Shown here: positions 37,193-50,500 of the stretch, piece by piece
Position numbering within the stretch: position 1 is the first letter of the stretch
How the letters are laid out: each line of letters begins with the position of its first letter
From: Squalus acanthias
Lineage: Eukaryota
DNA: 64,000 nucleotides
Assembly (NCBI GenBank): GCA_030390025.1
Contig: JASTWF010000034.1
Location: 2,852,001-2,916,000 of the forward strand
Reading direction: 5' to 3'
Program-made: the position numbers and the translations under genes
The notes under the pieces: model-generated
The model's database searches: none
What the model was told of the DNA's origin: nothing
The model's input: the letters and a program-made list of their open reading frames with translations, nothing else

Positions 37193-39240
37193 TTGATTAA
37201 GAAAGGGAAGATAGATTATGAAAGTAAATTAGCAAAACATATAAAAACAGATAATAAGAGTTTTTATAGTTATATAAAAAGAAAAAGGGTGGCTAAAGTA
37301 AATGTTGGTCCCTTAGAGGATAAGACCGGGAAATTAATGGTGGGAAATATGGAGATGGCAAAAACACTGAATGAATATTTTGTATCAGTCTTTACAGTAG
37401 AGGACACTAAGAATATCCCAACACTGGACAAACAGGGGGCTATAGGGGGAGAGGAGCTAAACACGATCAAAATCACTAAGGAAGTGGTACTCGGTAAAAT
37501 AATGGGACTCAAGGCGGATAAATCACCTGGACCTGATGGCTTACATCCTAGAGTCTTGAAGGAAGTGGCGGTAGGGATTGTAGATGCATTGGTAATAATT
37601 TTTCAAAACTCCCTGGATTCCACTAAGGTCCCGGCAGACTGGAAAACTGCTAATGTAACACCCTTATTTAAAAAGGGCAGGAGACAGAAGGCTGGTAACT
37701 ATAGACCAGTTAGCCTAACATCTGTGGTAGGTAAAATTTTGGAGTCCATTATTAAGGAAACAGTAACAGGACATTTGGATAATCATAATTTAATAGGACA
37801 AAGTCAGCATGGTTTTACGAAGGGGAAGTCATGTTTGACAAATTTGCTGGAGTTCTTTGAGGAAGTAACATATAGAGTGGATAAAGGGGAACCAGTGGAC
37901 GTAGTGTATTTAGACTTCCAAAAGGCATTTGACAAGGTGCCACACAAAAGATTATTGCTTAAGGTAAAAAATCACGGGATTGGGGGTAATATTCTGGCAT
38001 GGATAGAGGATTGGCTATCTAACAGAAAGCAAAGAGTTGGGATAAATGGTTCATTCTCAGACTGGCAATCAGTAACTAGTGGTGTTCCACAGGGGTCAGT
38101 GCTGGGTCCCCAACTCTTTACAATCTATATTAACGATTTGGAGGAAGGACCAAGTGTAACATATCAAAATTTGCAGATGATACAAAGATGGGAGGGAAAG
38201 TAGTGAGAGAGGAGGACATAAAAAACCTGCAAGGGGACATAGACAGGCTAAGTAAGTGGGCAGAGATTTGGCAGATGGAATACAACACTGGAAAGTGTGA
38301 GGTGATGCACTTTGGCAGGAAAAATCCTAGAGCAATTTATTATCTTAATGGCAAGAAACTGGAGAGTACTGAAGTGCAAAGGGATCTGGGGGTCCTGGTG
38401 CACGAAACTCAAAAGGTTAGTATGCAGGTGCAGCAAGTGATTAAGAAGGCAAATGGAATGTTGGCTTTCATTGCTAGGGGGATAGAATATAAAAATAGGG
38501 AGGTATTGCTTCAGTTTTACAAGGTATTGGTGAGACCGCACCTGGAATACTGCATACAGTTTTGGTGTCCTTACTTAAGGAAATACATCCTTGCTCTCGA
38601 GGCAGTGCAAAAAAGGTTCACTCGGTTAATCCCGGGGATGAGGGGGTGGTCATATGAGGAGAGGTTGGGTAGATTGGGACTCTACTCATTGGAGTTCAGA
38701 AGAATGAGAGAAGATCTTATTGAAATATATAAGATTGTGAAGGGGTTGGATCGGGTGGATGCGGGGAGGATGTTCCCGATGACGGGTGAGACTAGAACTA
38801 GGGGACATAGTCTTAGAATAAGGGGCTGCTCTTTCAAAACTGAGATGAGGAGGAAATACTTCACTCAGAGGGTGGTAGGTCCATGGAATATGCTGCCACA
38901 AAAAGCTGTAGAAGCTACATCATTAAATAAATTTAAAACATAAATAGACAGTTTCCTAGAAGTAAAGGGCATTAAGGGTTACGGGGAGCGGGCAGGAATT
39001 TGGACATGAGTCTAGGTTCGGATCGGTCATGGCCCTGTGGGTAGTGGAGCGGGCCCAGGGACCGTGTAGCCTGATTCTGCTCCTATTTCGTGTGTGCAAT
39101 TCTGTTAGATGCAGGAGATGGTTCTGTGATAGATAGTAGATTGGCGGTTAGGATCAGATCAGCCATGATCTTATTGAATGGCGGAGCAGGCTCGAGGGGC
39201 CGATTGGCCTACTCCTGCTCCTATTTCTTATGTACTTATG
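37193..39240 (+). mobile_element. 5'-truncated young CR1 LINE, same subfamily as 7757-11755
   Basis: ORFs 37193-38203 and 38188-38943 are nearly identical in protein to the 7757-11755 copy; tail TTCTTATGTACTTATG. Confidence 0.95.
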
Positions 39241-39268
39241 TTAACCTGTTACCTCTCTAACTTTTTCC

Positions 39269-39305
39269 AGTTCTGATGAAGGGTCACAGACCTGAAACGT
39301 TAACT
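39269..39305 (+). ncRNA. Minimal type I hammerhead ribozyme motif in a Penelope-like pLTR (39241-~39372)
   Basis: AGTT-CTGATGA-A-GGGTC-ACA-GACCT-GAAA-CG-TT-AACT: intact core, stem I AGTT/AACT, stem II, palindromic stem III. Confidence 0.75.
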
Positions 39306-39374
39306 CTGTTCCTTTCTCCCCGGATGCTGCCTGACCTGCTGAGTGTTTCCAGCATTTTCTGTTTCTATCTTAGA

Positions 39375-40600
39375 CCTTCATGGATTCTCTGTTAGTCTGA
39401 ACCCACATAATACCGTACTATTTCATGCTTTACTGCTATCTGTCTCTCCCTATCTTTTGTGAACCTTGTTTCTCCTTTCTAATGCCACATCCTGGTGCCC
39501 ATCCCCCTGGCAGATTAGTTTAAACGCTCGCCAACAGCACTAGCAACCACCCCCGCCCACACCTCGTGAGTATATTGGTTCCGGCTCTGTTGAGGTGCAA
39601 CCCGACCGGCCTTTTCAGGTCCCACCTCCCCCAGAACCGGCCCCAATGTCCCAGGAATATAAAGCCCTCCCTCCAGCACCATATCTCCAGCCACACATTA
39701 AATTGCTCTCTCCTCCTATTTCTGTATTCACTTGCTCGTGGCACCAGGAGTAATCTGGAGATTACTACCTTCGAGGTCCTGCTTTATAATCTCTTTCCTA
39801 GCTCCCTATTATCTGCCTACAGGATCACATTCCTCTCTCTACCTATGTGGATGATTCCAATATGGACCACGACCTCAGTCTGTTCACCATCACCCCTCAG
39901 AATGTCCTGCAGCCACTCAGTGACATCCTTGACCCTGGTACCAGGGAGGCAACATATCATCCTGGAGTCACGTCTGTGGCTGGAGAAACACCTGTCTGTT
40001 CCTTTAACTATCGAATCTCCTATCACTATTGCTTTCCCGACCTTCCTGCCCCCGCCCCCCTACAGCTCAGCCACCAGTGGTGCCATGGACTTGGCTCTGG
40101 CTGTACTCCCCAGAGGACCCATCGAATATTGGTTCGAGAGTGAGATGCACTCATGGGGCTCCTGCACTAAATGCGTGGTTCTCCTTATCTGTCTGACGGT
40201 CATCCATTCCCTCTCTTCCTGCACACTCTTATGCTGCGGGGTGACCACCTCCTGAAACGTGCTATCCACGGAGCTCTTAGCCTCACGGCTGCACCGCAGT
40301 GAAGCCAGCTGCTGCTCAAGCTCCGAAACCCGTGGGAAGTGTCCTGGAGTTCCCACATGACACAAGGTGTACATTCCACGGCACTGAGGTGCCCTGCCAT
40401 GCCTCTATTTAATAGACTACCAACTAACTTAACGGAATTAAACTCAAGACTTCAAAAAAATCACCATCAACATGCTATTTTTTCTTTGCAGCGTCTTCCC
40501 TTGTGCTGATGTCACTTACCTCACTCCCTAACACTCGCTCCCAGCTCCGGGTTCTCTGGCCTACCTTTACCTCCGGCCGCTCCTCTCGCTCTCTCGTCCT
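39375..40600 (-). mobile_element. CR1 5' fragment (5' UTR and ORF1 zinc finger/coiled coil/SGNH esterase)
   Basis: MAGHLSAVECTPCVMWE, IGDSIVKG, CCLPG, VVVHIG, GLHLNRAG. Confidence 0.85.
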
Positions 40601-40798
40601 TCCCCCACTCTCCAATTCCCAAGCTTTCCAAATTCACAACCTTAGCACTCTGTTTAGACCACTGACAAAATTGATTTCCCCACACTAGATCTCTGATTTA
40701 TTCCATACCAGGCCATCAGGATTAAAGAAATAATAAATAAATGGTCTTAAATGGCGGGATCAGAGAGAATATCCCAGTGATGGAACGATGGGACTCGA

Positions 40799-41455
40799 CT
40801 AGATTACATTGCTCCCACCTCAATCCAGGAATTTCATTCCCAGGGCGGCCTAGATTACACTGCTCCACCTCAATCCAGGAATTTCATTCCCAGGGCCGCC
40901 TAGATTACACTGCTCCCGCCTCAGTACAGGAATTTCTTTCCCAAGGCCGCCTAGATTACACTGCTCCTGCCTCAATCCAGGAATTTCATTCCCAGGGCCG
41001 CCTAGTTTATACTGCTCCCACCTCAATCCAGTAATTTCATTCCCTGGACTGCCTAGTTTACACTGCTCCCGCCTCAGTCCAGGAATTTCATTCTCAGGGC
41101 TGCCTAGATTACACTGCTCCCGCCTAAATCCAGGAACTTAATTCACAGGGCTGCCTAGATTACACTGCTCCTGCCTCAGTCCCGGAATTTCATTCCCAGG
41201 GCTGCCTAGATTACACTGCTCCCACCTCAGTCCAGGAATTTCATTCCCAGGGCTGCCTAGATTACACTGCTCCCGCCTCAGTCCAGGAATTTCATTGCCA
41301 GGGCTGCCTAGATTACACTGCTCCCACCTTAGTCCAGGAATTTCATTCCCAGGGCCGCCTAGATTACACTGCTCCTGCCTCAATCCAAGAATTTCTTTCC
41401 CAGGGCCGCCTAGATTACTCTACTCCCAACTCAGTACAGGAATTTCATTCTCAGT
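40799..41455 (+). repeat. 51-bp minisatellite, 13 units (CTAGATTACACTGCTCCCGCCTCAGTCCAGGAATTTCATTCCCAGGGCTGC)
   Basis: Units start at about 40799, 40850, 40900 ... 41410. Confidence 0.93.
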
Positions 41456-41859
41456 TAATTTCTCTATTGCCTGAAAATAGAAGAAGAAGAAGAAGAAGAA
41501 GAAGAGTGACCTTACCCAGACAAAGATGTCATCGTGTTTGACTGAGGGGAAGAATAATTAAAAGGAGCAAAGGATTAAAACGAAGGGATGAAAGGAAAAC
41601 ACTTAAAATATTAACCAATTAGATAAATACGCTGTAAGCACCCCAATACTCCATGAAACTCTCTGGAAACATTAAATTCTCGCATAATCATACTCACAGA
41701 ACCATACCTGTCAGTCAACATTCCCAAACCCTCCATCACCATTCCAGGGTCTGCACAGACCCACCAGAGGTGGGGAACAGGTGTATACAATCGGGAGGGA
41801 GAAACCCTGTGAGTCCACAACATTGCCTGAGGATATAATGAAGTCTGATGGCTTCCAGT

Positions 41860-42290
41860 CAGACATGGGCAAGGTAACTTCCTGCCGATTACCACCTACC
41901 GCCCTCCTTCAGCTGATGAATCGGCACATCTTCATGCTGAACACCAGTTGATGGGAGCACCGAGAGAAGAACGGGCGCAAATTATACTCTGTGTCGGGAG
42001 GGGGAAACTTCAATGTCCATCACCAATAGTGCCTGGGAAGTACCATCATTAACCGAGCCCTGAAGAACACAGCTGCCAGACTGGGATTGCGGCAGGTGGT
42101 GGGAGATCTAAGATGAGAGAAAAGCCTGCTTGACCTCGTCCTCACCAATCTATCTATCGCATATGCATCTGTCCATGACGATATTGGTAGGACTGACCAC
42201 TGCACAATATTTGTGGAGAATAAGTCTCGCCTTCACCCTGAGGCCACCCTCCATCATATCATGTGCATCTACCATGGTGATCAATGGAAT
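41860..42290 (+). mobile_element. Degenerate LINE endonuclease fragment
   Basis: TTYRPPSADES, G.FNVHH, LDLVLTN and DH-like remnants. Confidence 0.55.
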
Positions 42291-42467
42291 GAAATTAGAC
42301 AGAGCCAAGCGATCCCAACACATCAAATTATTTCAAAGCTTTCAAATCCTGTTGTGAATGGTAATGAACAATTGAGCCATTTCCCCATAGCCCTGAAAAT
42401 TTCTCCTTTTCAAGTTTGCATCCAATTACCTTTTGGAAATTACAGTTAAGAAAGGATGAAATAATTG

Positions 42468-43275
42468 AATTCATAGAGCGCTTTTCACGATCTTGGGATG
42501 TCCCAAAGCGCTTTCAAGCCAATTACGTCCTTCCTGTTGAAGTGAAGTCACTGTTGTACTGTAGAAAACGTGGCAGCCAATTTGAGCACAACAAGCTCCC
42601 ACAAACAGCAACGTGATAATGAACAGATAATAAGCTTTAATGATATTGATTGAGATAAATATTGGCCAGAACACTGGGGTTAATTCTGCTGCTCTTCTTC
42701 AATAAAATTCCATGGGATCTTTTCATCCAACTTATAGAACAGAAACATTTAACGTCTCATCTGGGACATAGCACCGCTGACAGTGCAGTGCTCCCTCAGT
42801 ACTGCCCCTCTGATAGTGCAGTGCTCCCTCAGTACTGCCCCTCTGACAGTGCAGTGCACCCTCAGTACTGCCCCTCTGACAGTGCAGTGCTCCCTCAGTA
42901 CTGCCCCTCTGACAGTGCAGTGCTCCCTCAGTTCTGCCCTTCTGACAGTGCAGTGCTCCCTCAGTACTGCCCCTCTGACAGTGCAGTGCTCCCACAGTAC
43001 TGCCCCTCTGACAGTGCAGTGCTCCTTTGGTACTGCCCCTCCGACAGTGCGGTGCTCCCTCAGTACTGTCCCTCTGACAGTGCAGTGTTCCCTCAGTACT
43101 GCCCCTCTGACGGTGCAGTGCTCCCTCAGTACTGCCCCTGTGACAGTACAGTGCTCCCTCAGTACTGCCCCTCTGACAGTGCAGTGCTCCCTCAGTACTG
43201 CCCCTCTGACTGAGATGCGCTCCCTCAGTACTGCCCCTCCAACAATGCAGCACTCCCTCAGTACTGGCTTGAGTG
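42468..43275 (-). mobile_element. Deu-type SINE whose internal 33-bp segment is amplified into a minisatellite (~42778-43265, ~15 units)
   Basis: 42468-42770 is the reverse complement of the SINE body at 36380-36690; unit GACAGTGCAGTGCTCCCTCAGTACTGCCCCTCT. Confidence 0.85.
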
Positions 43276-43309
43276 CAGTTTGTCATGGAGTGCAGCATGG
43301 AACCGAGTG

Positions 43310-46300
43310 TTAAGATGCGAGTCTGGTGAGTGAGGGAGTTCAGGGAGGGATGTGTTCCTTTCTTTTTCTGTTTTTGTCAGCTTCCAAGACCTGGTCAGTA
43401 TTTCTACAATCTAAACGTTAAAGTACAAGTAAGGTCTCGAGATTAGAGCAAGTTGTGTTTACAGGGAAGTAAGGTACCTAATGTATTTAATATTCTTTAA
43501 CTTAAAGGTAGTAAATTAAGGGTAGGACATGGCAGGGCAGCTCGGCAGCGTGGAGTGCTCCTCCTGTGCTATGTTGGAAGTCAGGGACACTTTAGGTGTC
43601 CAGGGCGAACAAATGTGCAGGAAGTGTCTCCAGCTGCAGCTACTCGAAATCCGCTTTTCGGAGTAGGATCTGCGACTGGAGTCAATGTGGAGCATCCCCG
43701 AAGTTGAGATCTTCGTGGATAGAACGTTTAACGAGGTGGTCACAACGCAGGTAAAGAGTGTACAGGCAGATAGGAAATAAATGACCGCCAGACAGTGTAA
43801 AAGAACTAGGAAGGCAGTGCAGGAGTCCCCTGGGTCCATCTACCTCTCCAACAGATTTTCCGTTTTGGATACTGATGGGGGAAATGGTTTCTCAGGGGAA
43901 TGCAGCAAGAGCAAAGTCCGTGGCACTACGAGTGGCTCAGCACCACAGGAGGGGGTGAAAAGAGTTGGAGAGCAATAGTGATTGGGGATTCTATCGTAAG
44001 GGGAACAGATAGATGTTTCTGTGGCCGCAGACGTGACTCCAGGATGGTATGTTGCCTCCCTGGTGCCAGGTTCAAGGATGTCACTGAATGGCTGCAGGGT
44101 ATTCTGAAGGCGGATGGCGAACTGTCAGAGATCGTAATCCACATTGGTATCAACGACATGGGTAGAAAGAGGGATGAGGTCCTGCAACAAGAATTTAGGG
44201 AGCTAGGTAGCAGATTAAAAAGCAGGACCTCAAAGGTTGTAATCTCTGTTTTACTCCCGGTGCCACGTGCTAGTGAGTATTGGAATAGGAGAATAGAGCA
44301 GATGAATGCGTGGCTAAAGAGTTGGTGCAGGAGGGAGGGCTTTAGTATCCTGGATCACTGGGTCTGCTTCTGGGGAAGGTGGGACCTGTACAAATCGGAC
44401 GGAATGCACCTGAACCGGAACGGGACCAACATTCTTGCGGGGAGATTTGCTAGTACTATTCGGGGGGCGGGGGGGGGGCGGTGCTGGGGTCGGGGGTGTT
44501 AATCTAGCTTGGCAGGGGGATGCGATACGGAGTGGAGCTATAGTCGGGGGTGATGCACAACCAAATATACAGGAAAAAAATAGTCAGCCTGGAAGGCAGA
44601 GCAAATATGTAACGGCACAAGGGGTTATGGCAAGGCTGGAAGGCAATCATTTTAATGCAATGAGACTTGCGAGTAAGGCAGATGAATTGAACGTGTTGAT
44701 GAACACATGGGAGTATGATATTGTTGCTATCACAGAGACATAGTGGAGGGAGGGGCAGGACTGGCAGCTCAATTTTCCAGGATATAGATTATTCAGGCGA
44801 GACAGAGCAGGGTGTAAAAGAGGAGGGGTGTCGTAATATTAATCAAGGAGTCAATTACTGCTGTAAGGAGGGATGATATCTTAGCAGGTTCCTCTAATGA
44901 GGCCATATGGGCAGAACTTAACAACAAAAAGTGAGCAAGCACTTTGCTGGGAGTGTACTACAGGGCCCCAAACAGTCAGGGAGAGATAGATGAACATATA
45001 TGTAGGCAAATCTCAGAGAAGTGTCGAAATAATAGGGTAATAATAGTAGGGGATTTCAACTTCCACAATATCAACTGGGATAGTGAGAGTGTGAAAGGCT
45101 TAGAGGGTGCGGAATTCTTAAAGTGCATCCAGAAGAGAGTTTTGAGCCAGCATGTTGAAAGTCCTACCAGACAGGGGGCGGGTCTGGACCTAATCTTAGG
45201 GAATGCAGCTGCGCAAGTGGTGGAAGTGTCAGTAGGAGAGCATTTTGGTGACAGTGACCATAATTCGGTGAGATTTAAGGTAGTCGTGGAAAAGGACAAA
45301 GAAGGACCGGAAATAAAGTTTATAAATTGGGGAAATGCCGAATTTAATATGATAAGGCTGGATCTGACCAAAGTGGAGTGGATCAGCTATTTGTAGGAAA
45401 ATCCACATCAGAGCAGTGGGAGTCTTTCAGAAAGGAAATAGAGAGTGTACAACGCCAACATGGTCCCGTAAAGGTCAAGGGTGGGACCAACAAGCCCAGA
45501 GAACACTCGATGTCAAGGGACATGCAAGAATGGATTAAGAAAAAAAGGGAGGCTTTTGGCAGATAAAAATGACTAAAAACAGTGGAAGCCCTAGAGGAGT
45601 ATAGAAAGTGCAGGGGGTCATTTTAAACGAAATTAGGAGAGCGAAGAGGGGGCATGAAAAAAACACTGGTGGGCTGAAAAAAGGAAAATCCCAAGGTGTT
45701 TTATAAGTATATCAAGGGCAAGCGGAAAACCAGGGAAAGAGTAGGGCCCATGGGGGACCAAAGTGGCAATCTGCGTGTAGAGCCGGAAGATGTGGGTGTG
45801 TTTTCAAATGAATATTTTGCAGCTATGTTCACTATGGAGAAGGATGATGCAGGCATAGAAATCAGGCAGGGGGATTGTGATAAACTTAAACAAATTAGTA
45901 TTGAGAGGGAGGACGTACTAGCGGTTTTAGTGGGTATAAATTTGGATAAATCACCAGGCCCAGACGAGATGTATCCCACGCTGCTGTGTGAGGCAAGTGA
46001 GGAGATTGCAGGGGCTGTGACACAAATTTTCCGAACCTCTCTGGTCACAGGGGAGGTGACAGATGACTGGAGAACAGCTAACGTATACCATTATTCAACA
46101 AGGGTAGTAGGGATAAACCAGTGAATTACAGGCCAGTGAGCCTAACATCAGTGGTAGGGAAATTATTGGAAAAAATTATGAGGAACAGAATTAGTCTACA
46201 CTTGGAGAGGCAAGGATTAAATAAGGATGTTCAGCATGGCTTTGTAAGGGGGAGATCACTTCTAACCAATTTGATTGAATTTTTCGAGGGGGTGACTCGG

Positions 46301-47527
46301 TGTGTGGATGAGAGTAGTGCAGTTGATGCCGTCTACATGGACTTCAGTAAGGCTTTTGACAATGTCCCACATGGGAGACTGGTCAAGAAGGTAAGAGCCC
46401 ATGGGATCCAGGGCAATTTGGCACATTGGATCCAAAATTTGTTTCGTGGCAGGAGGAATAGGGTGATGGTCGAAGGTTGTTTTTGTGACTTGAAGCCTGT
46501 GACCATTGGTGTACCGCAGGGATCGGTGCTGGGTCCTTTGCTGTTTGTAGTGTGCATTAATGATTTAGATATGAATGTAGGAGGTATGATCAGTAAGTTC
46601 GCAGATGACACGAAATTGGTGGAGTGGTAAATAGTGAGGAGTGAAGCCTCAGACTACAGGACGATATAGACGGGTTGGTTAGATGGGCAGAACAGTGACA
46701 AATGGAATTTAGCCCTGAAAAGTGTGAGGTGATGCATTTTGGGAGGAATAACAAGGCAAGGGGATAAACATTGAATGGTAAGACCCTAGGAAGTACAGAG
46801 TATCAGAGGGACCTTGGTGTGCATGTACATAGATCCCTGAAGGCAGCAGGACAGGTAGATAAGGTGGTTAAAAAGGCATATGGGATACTTGCCTTCATTA
46901 GTCGAGGCATAGAATATAAGTGCAGGTAGGTTGTGTTGGAGACGTACAAAATGCTAGTTAGGCCACAGCTGGAATACTGTGTGCAGTTCTGTTCGCCACA
47001 CTATCGGAAGGATGTGATTGCATTGGAGAGGGTGCAGAGGAGATTCACCAGGATGTTACCTGGGCTGGAGCGCTGCAGCTATGAAGAGAGACTGGACAGG
47101 CTGGGGTTGTTTTCCTTAGAGCAGAGAAGGCTGAGGGGGGACCTGATTGAGGTGTACAAAATTATGATGGGCATAGATAGGGTAGATAGAAATACATTTT
47201 CCCCTTAGTAGAGGGGACAATAACCAGGGCGCATAGTTTCAACGTAAGGGGCAGGAGGTTTAGAGGGGATTTGAGGAAAATCTTTTTCATCCAGAGTGTG
47301 GCTGGAATCTGGAACTCACTTCCTGAAACGGTGGTAGAGGCAGGAACCCCCACAGCATTCAAGAAGCATTTAGATGAGCATTTGAAACGCCACAGCATAC
47401 AAGGCTACGGACCAAGTGCTGGAAAATGGGAATAGAATAGATAGGGCCTGATGGCCGGCGCGGACACAATGGGCGGAAGGGCCTCTTTCTGTGCTGTATA
47501 ACTATAACTATCGATGACTCTATGACA
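43310..47527 (+). mobile_element. Near full-length degenerate CR1 LINE (5' UTR, ORF1 from ATG 43529, ORF2, tail)
   Basis: MAGQLGSVECSSC..CRKC zinc finger, IVIGDSIVRG/DGMHLN esterase, EN, RT FADD; tail GATGACTCTATGAC; many stops. Confidence 0.93.
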
Positions 47528-47529
47528 GC

Positions 47530-50500
47530 GCATCATTTCAAAGTTTGAAAATGACAGAAAACGCGGAAATGTTAATAAACAGTGAGAATGATAGTAACAG
47601 ACTTCAGGAGGACGCAGACAGACTGGTGAAATGGGCAGACACATGACAGATACAATTTAACACATAGAAGGGTGAAGTGATACATGTTGGCAGGAAGCAT
47701 GAGCAGAGGCAATATAAACTAAACGGTACAATTTCAAAGCGGGTGCACGATCAGAGAGATCTGGTGTGTACTACACAAATCTTTGAAGTTGACAGGACAA
47801 GTAGCGATGGCTGTTAATAAAGCATAAGGAGTCCTTAGCTTTACAAAGAGAGACACAGAGTAACACAATCCAGGTAGAAATGTTAACCTATTAAAAAGCA
47901 TTGGTTAGACCCCAGCTGGAGTATTGTGTCCAATTCTGAGCACCACACTTTGGCAAGCATGTCAAGGATTAGAGAAGGTGTACAGGAGTTTTACCAGAAT
48001 GGTACCAGGGATTTGGGACTTCAATTACGTGGAGAGTCAGGAGAAGCTGGGATTGTTCATTTTAGAGCAGCGAAGGTTAAGAATCACAGAATCGTAGAAT
48101 CATAGAAATCTACGGCACAGAAGGAGGCCATTTGGCCTATTGCATCTGCGCCGGTCGAAATAGAGCTTTCCAGCCTAATCCGACTTTCCAGCTCTTGGTC
48201 CGTAGCCCTGTAGGTGATGGCACTTCAAGTGCATATCCATGTACGTTTTAAACGTGATGAGGGTTTCTGCCTCTACCACCCTTTCAGGCCTTCAGTTTCA
48301 GACCCGCACCGACCTCTGGGTGAAACAAATTCTCCTCATCTCCCATCTAATCCTTCTACCAATTACTCTAAATCTATTCTCCTTGGCTATTGACCTCTCT
48401 GCCTGGGGAAATAGGTGCTTGCTATCCACTCTATCTCGGCCCCCCATAATTTTATACACCTCAATTTAATCTCCCCTCAGCCTCCTCTGTTCCAATGTAT
48501 AGAACCCCAGACTATTCTCCAGTCTTGGCAACATCCACGTAAATCACCTCTATAACGGCTCGACTGCAATCACATCTTTCCTGTAATGTTTTGACCAAAA
48601 TTGAACGCAGTATTCCAGCTGTGGCCTAATTGGTGTTTTATACAGTTCTAGCATAAACTCCCTTGCTTTTATATTCTTTGCTTCGGCTAATAAAGCAACG
48701 TATTGGTGGACAAGGGTGGACATATGAGGAGAGGTTGAGTAGATTGGGACTCTACTCATTGGAGTTCAGAAGAATGAGAGGCGATCTTATTGAAACATAT
48801 AAGATTGTGAAGGGGCTTGAACGGGTGGATGCGGTAAGGATGTTCCCAAGGATGGGTGAAACTAGAACTAGGGGCATAATCTTAGAATAAGGGGCTGCAC
48901 TTTCAAAACTGTGATGAGGAGAAACTTCTTCACTCAGAGGGTAGTAGGTCTGTGGAATCTGCTGCCCCAGGAAGCTGTGGAAGCTACATCATTAAATAAA
49001 TTTAAAATAGAAATAGACAGTTTCGTAGAAGTAAAGGGAATTACGGGTTACGGGGAGCTGGCAGGAAATTGGACATGAGGCTGAGTTCGGATCGGTCAAG
49101 GCCCTGTGGGTGGCGGAGCGGGCCCAGGGGCTGAGTGGCCGGGTCCTGCTCCTACTTCTTATATTCTTTAGATTTGAGGTTAGGATCAGATCAGCCATGA
49201 TCTTATTGAATGGCGGAGCAGGCTCGAGGGGCCGATTGGCCTACTCCTGCTCCTATTTCTTATGTTCTTATATTATTATGTTCTTATCCCACATGCCTTT
49301 TTAACTACCCTATCTAAATATCTTGATAGTTTTAGAGATATGTGGAAATGTACTCCAAGGTCCCTCTGTTCCACTGCACCTCTCAGTATCCTACCATTTA
49401 TTGTGTATTCCTTTTTTTTCGCCCGCCACAAATGCATTACCTCACACTTCTCCGAAATGAAGTCCATTTGCCACTGTTCTGCCCACCGGACCAGTCCATT
49501 GATATCTTCCTGCAGTCTACAGCTTTCTTCCTCACTATCAACCACACGGCCAATTTTTGTATCATGTGCAAACTTCTTCATCATGTCCCCAACATTGAAG
49601 TCGAAATCATAGATATCTATCACAAATAGCAGGGGACCTAGTACTGAGCCCTGTGGAACCCCACTGGAAACAACCTTCACGTCACAAAGAACACCCATCG
49701 ACCATTACGACCTTTGCTTCCTGCCACTGAGCCAATTTTGGATCCAACTTGCCACTTTCCCTTGAATCCAATGACCAACCTGTCATGTGGGACCTTGTCA
49801 AAGGCCTTACTAATATCTACGTGGACTACATCAAATGCACTCCCCTCATCGACCCTCCTCAAAAAATTCAATCAAGTTAGTTAGACACGACCTTCCCTTA
49901 ACATTACCACGCTGACTGTCCTTGTTTAATCTGTGCCTTTCTAAATGCCGATTTATACTGCCCCTCAGAATTTTTCAATATTTTTTCCACCACCAAGGTT
50001 AGTCTGACTGCCCTGTAATTACTCGGTCTATCCCTTTCTCCCTTTTTAAATGTGGTACAACATTAGCAGTCTTCCAGTCCTCTGTCATCACGCCTGTAGC
50101 CAGAGAGGATTGGAAAATGATGGTCTGAGCCTCCGCTATTTCCTCCCTTAAAAGGCTGGGATACATTTCATCCGACCCTCGTGATTTATCTAATTTCAAA
50201 GATGCTAAGCACCTTAATGTTTCCTCTCTCACTATGTTTATCTCATCTAATATTTCACACTCCTCCTCCTTAACTACAATGTCTGCATCATCTCACTCTT
50301 CTGTGAAGACAGACACAAAGTATTTTTTTAGAACCATGTCCACGTCTTCCGCCTCTACACACAGATTACTTTTTGGTCTGTAATAGGCCATACTCTTTCC
50401 TTAGTTATCCTCTTGCTCTTGATGTATGTATAAAATATCTTTGGGTTTTCCTTGATTTTACATGCCAATATTTTTTCATGCCATCTCTTTGCTTTCCTAA

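Noticed and set aside
40690..41530. Donor-like sites (CTG|GTATGG, TGG|GTAAGG) as more GPCR first exons
   Set aside because: No YYP..GVP coding similarity and no conserved upstream element.
40799..43265. Regular repeats resembling CRISPR arrays (also 6275-7500)
   Set aside because: Head-to-tail units with no unique spacers, no cas genes, and a eukaryotic context.
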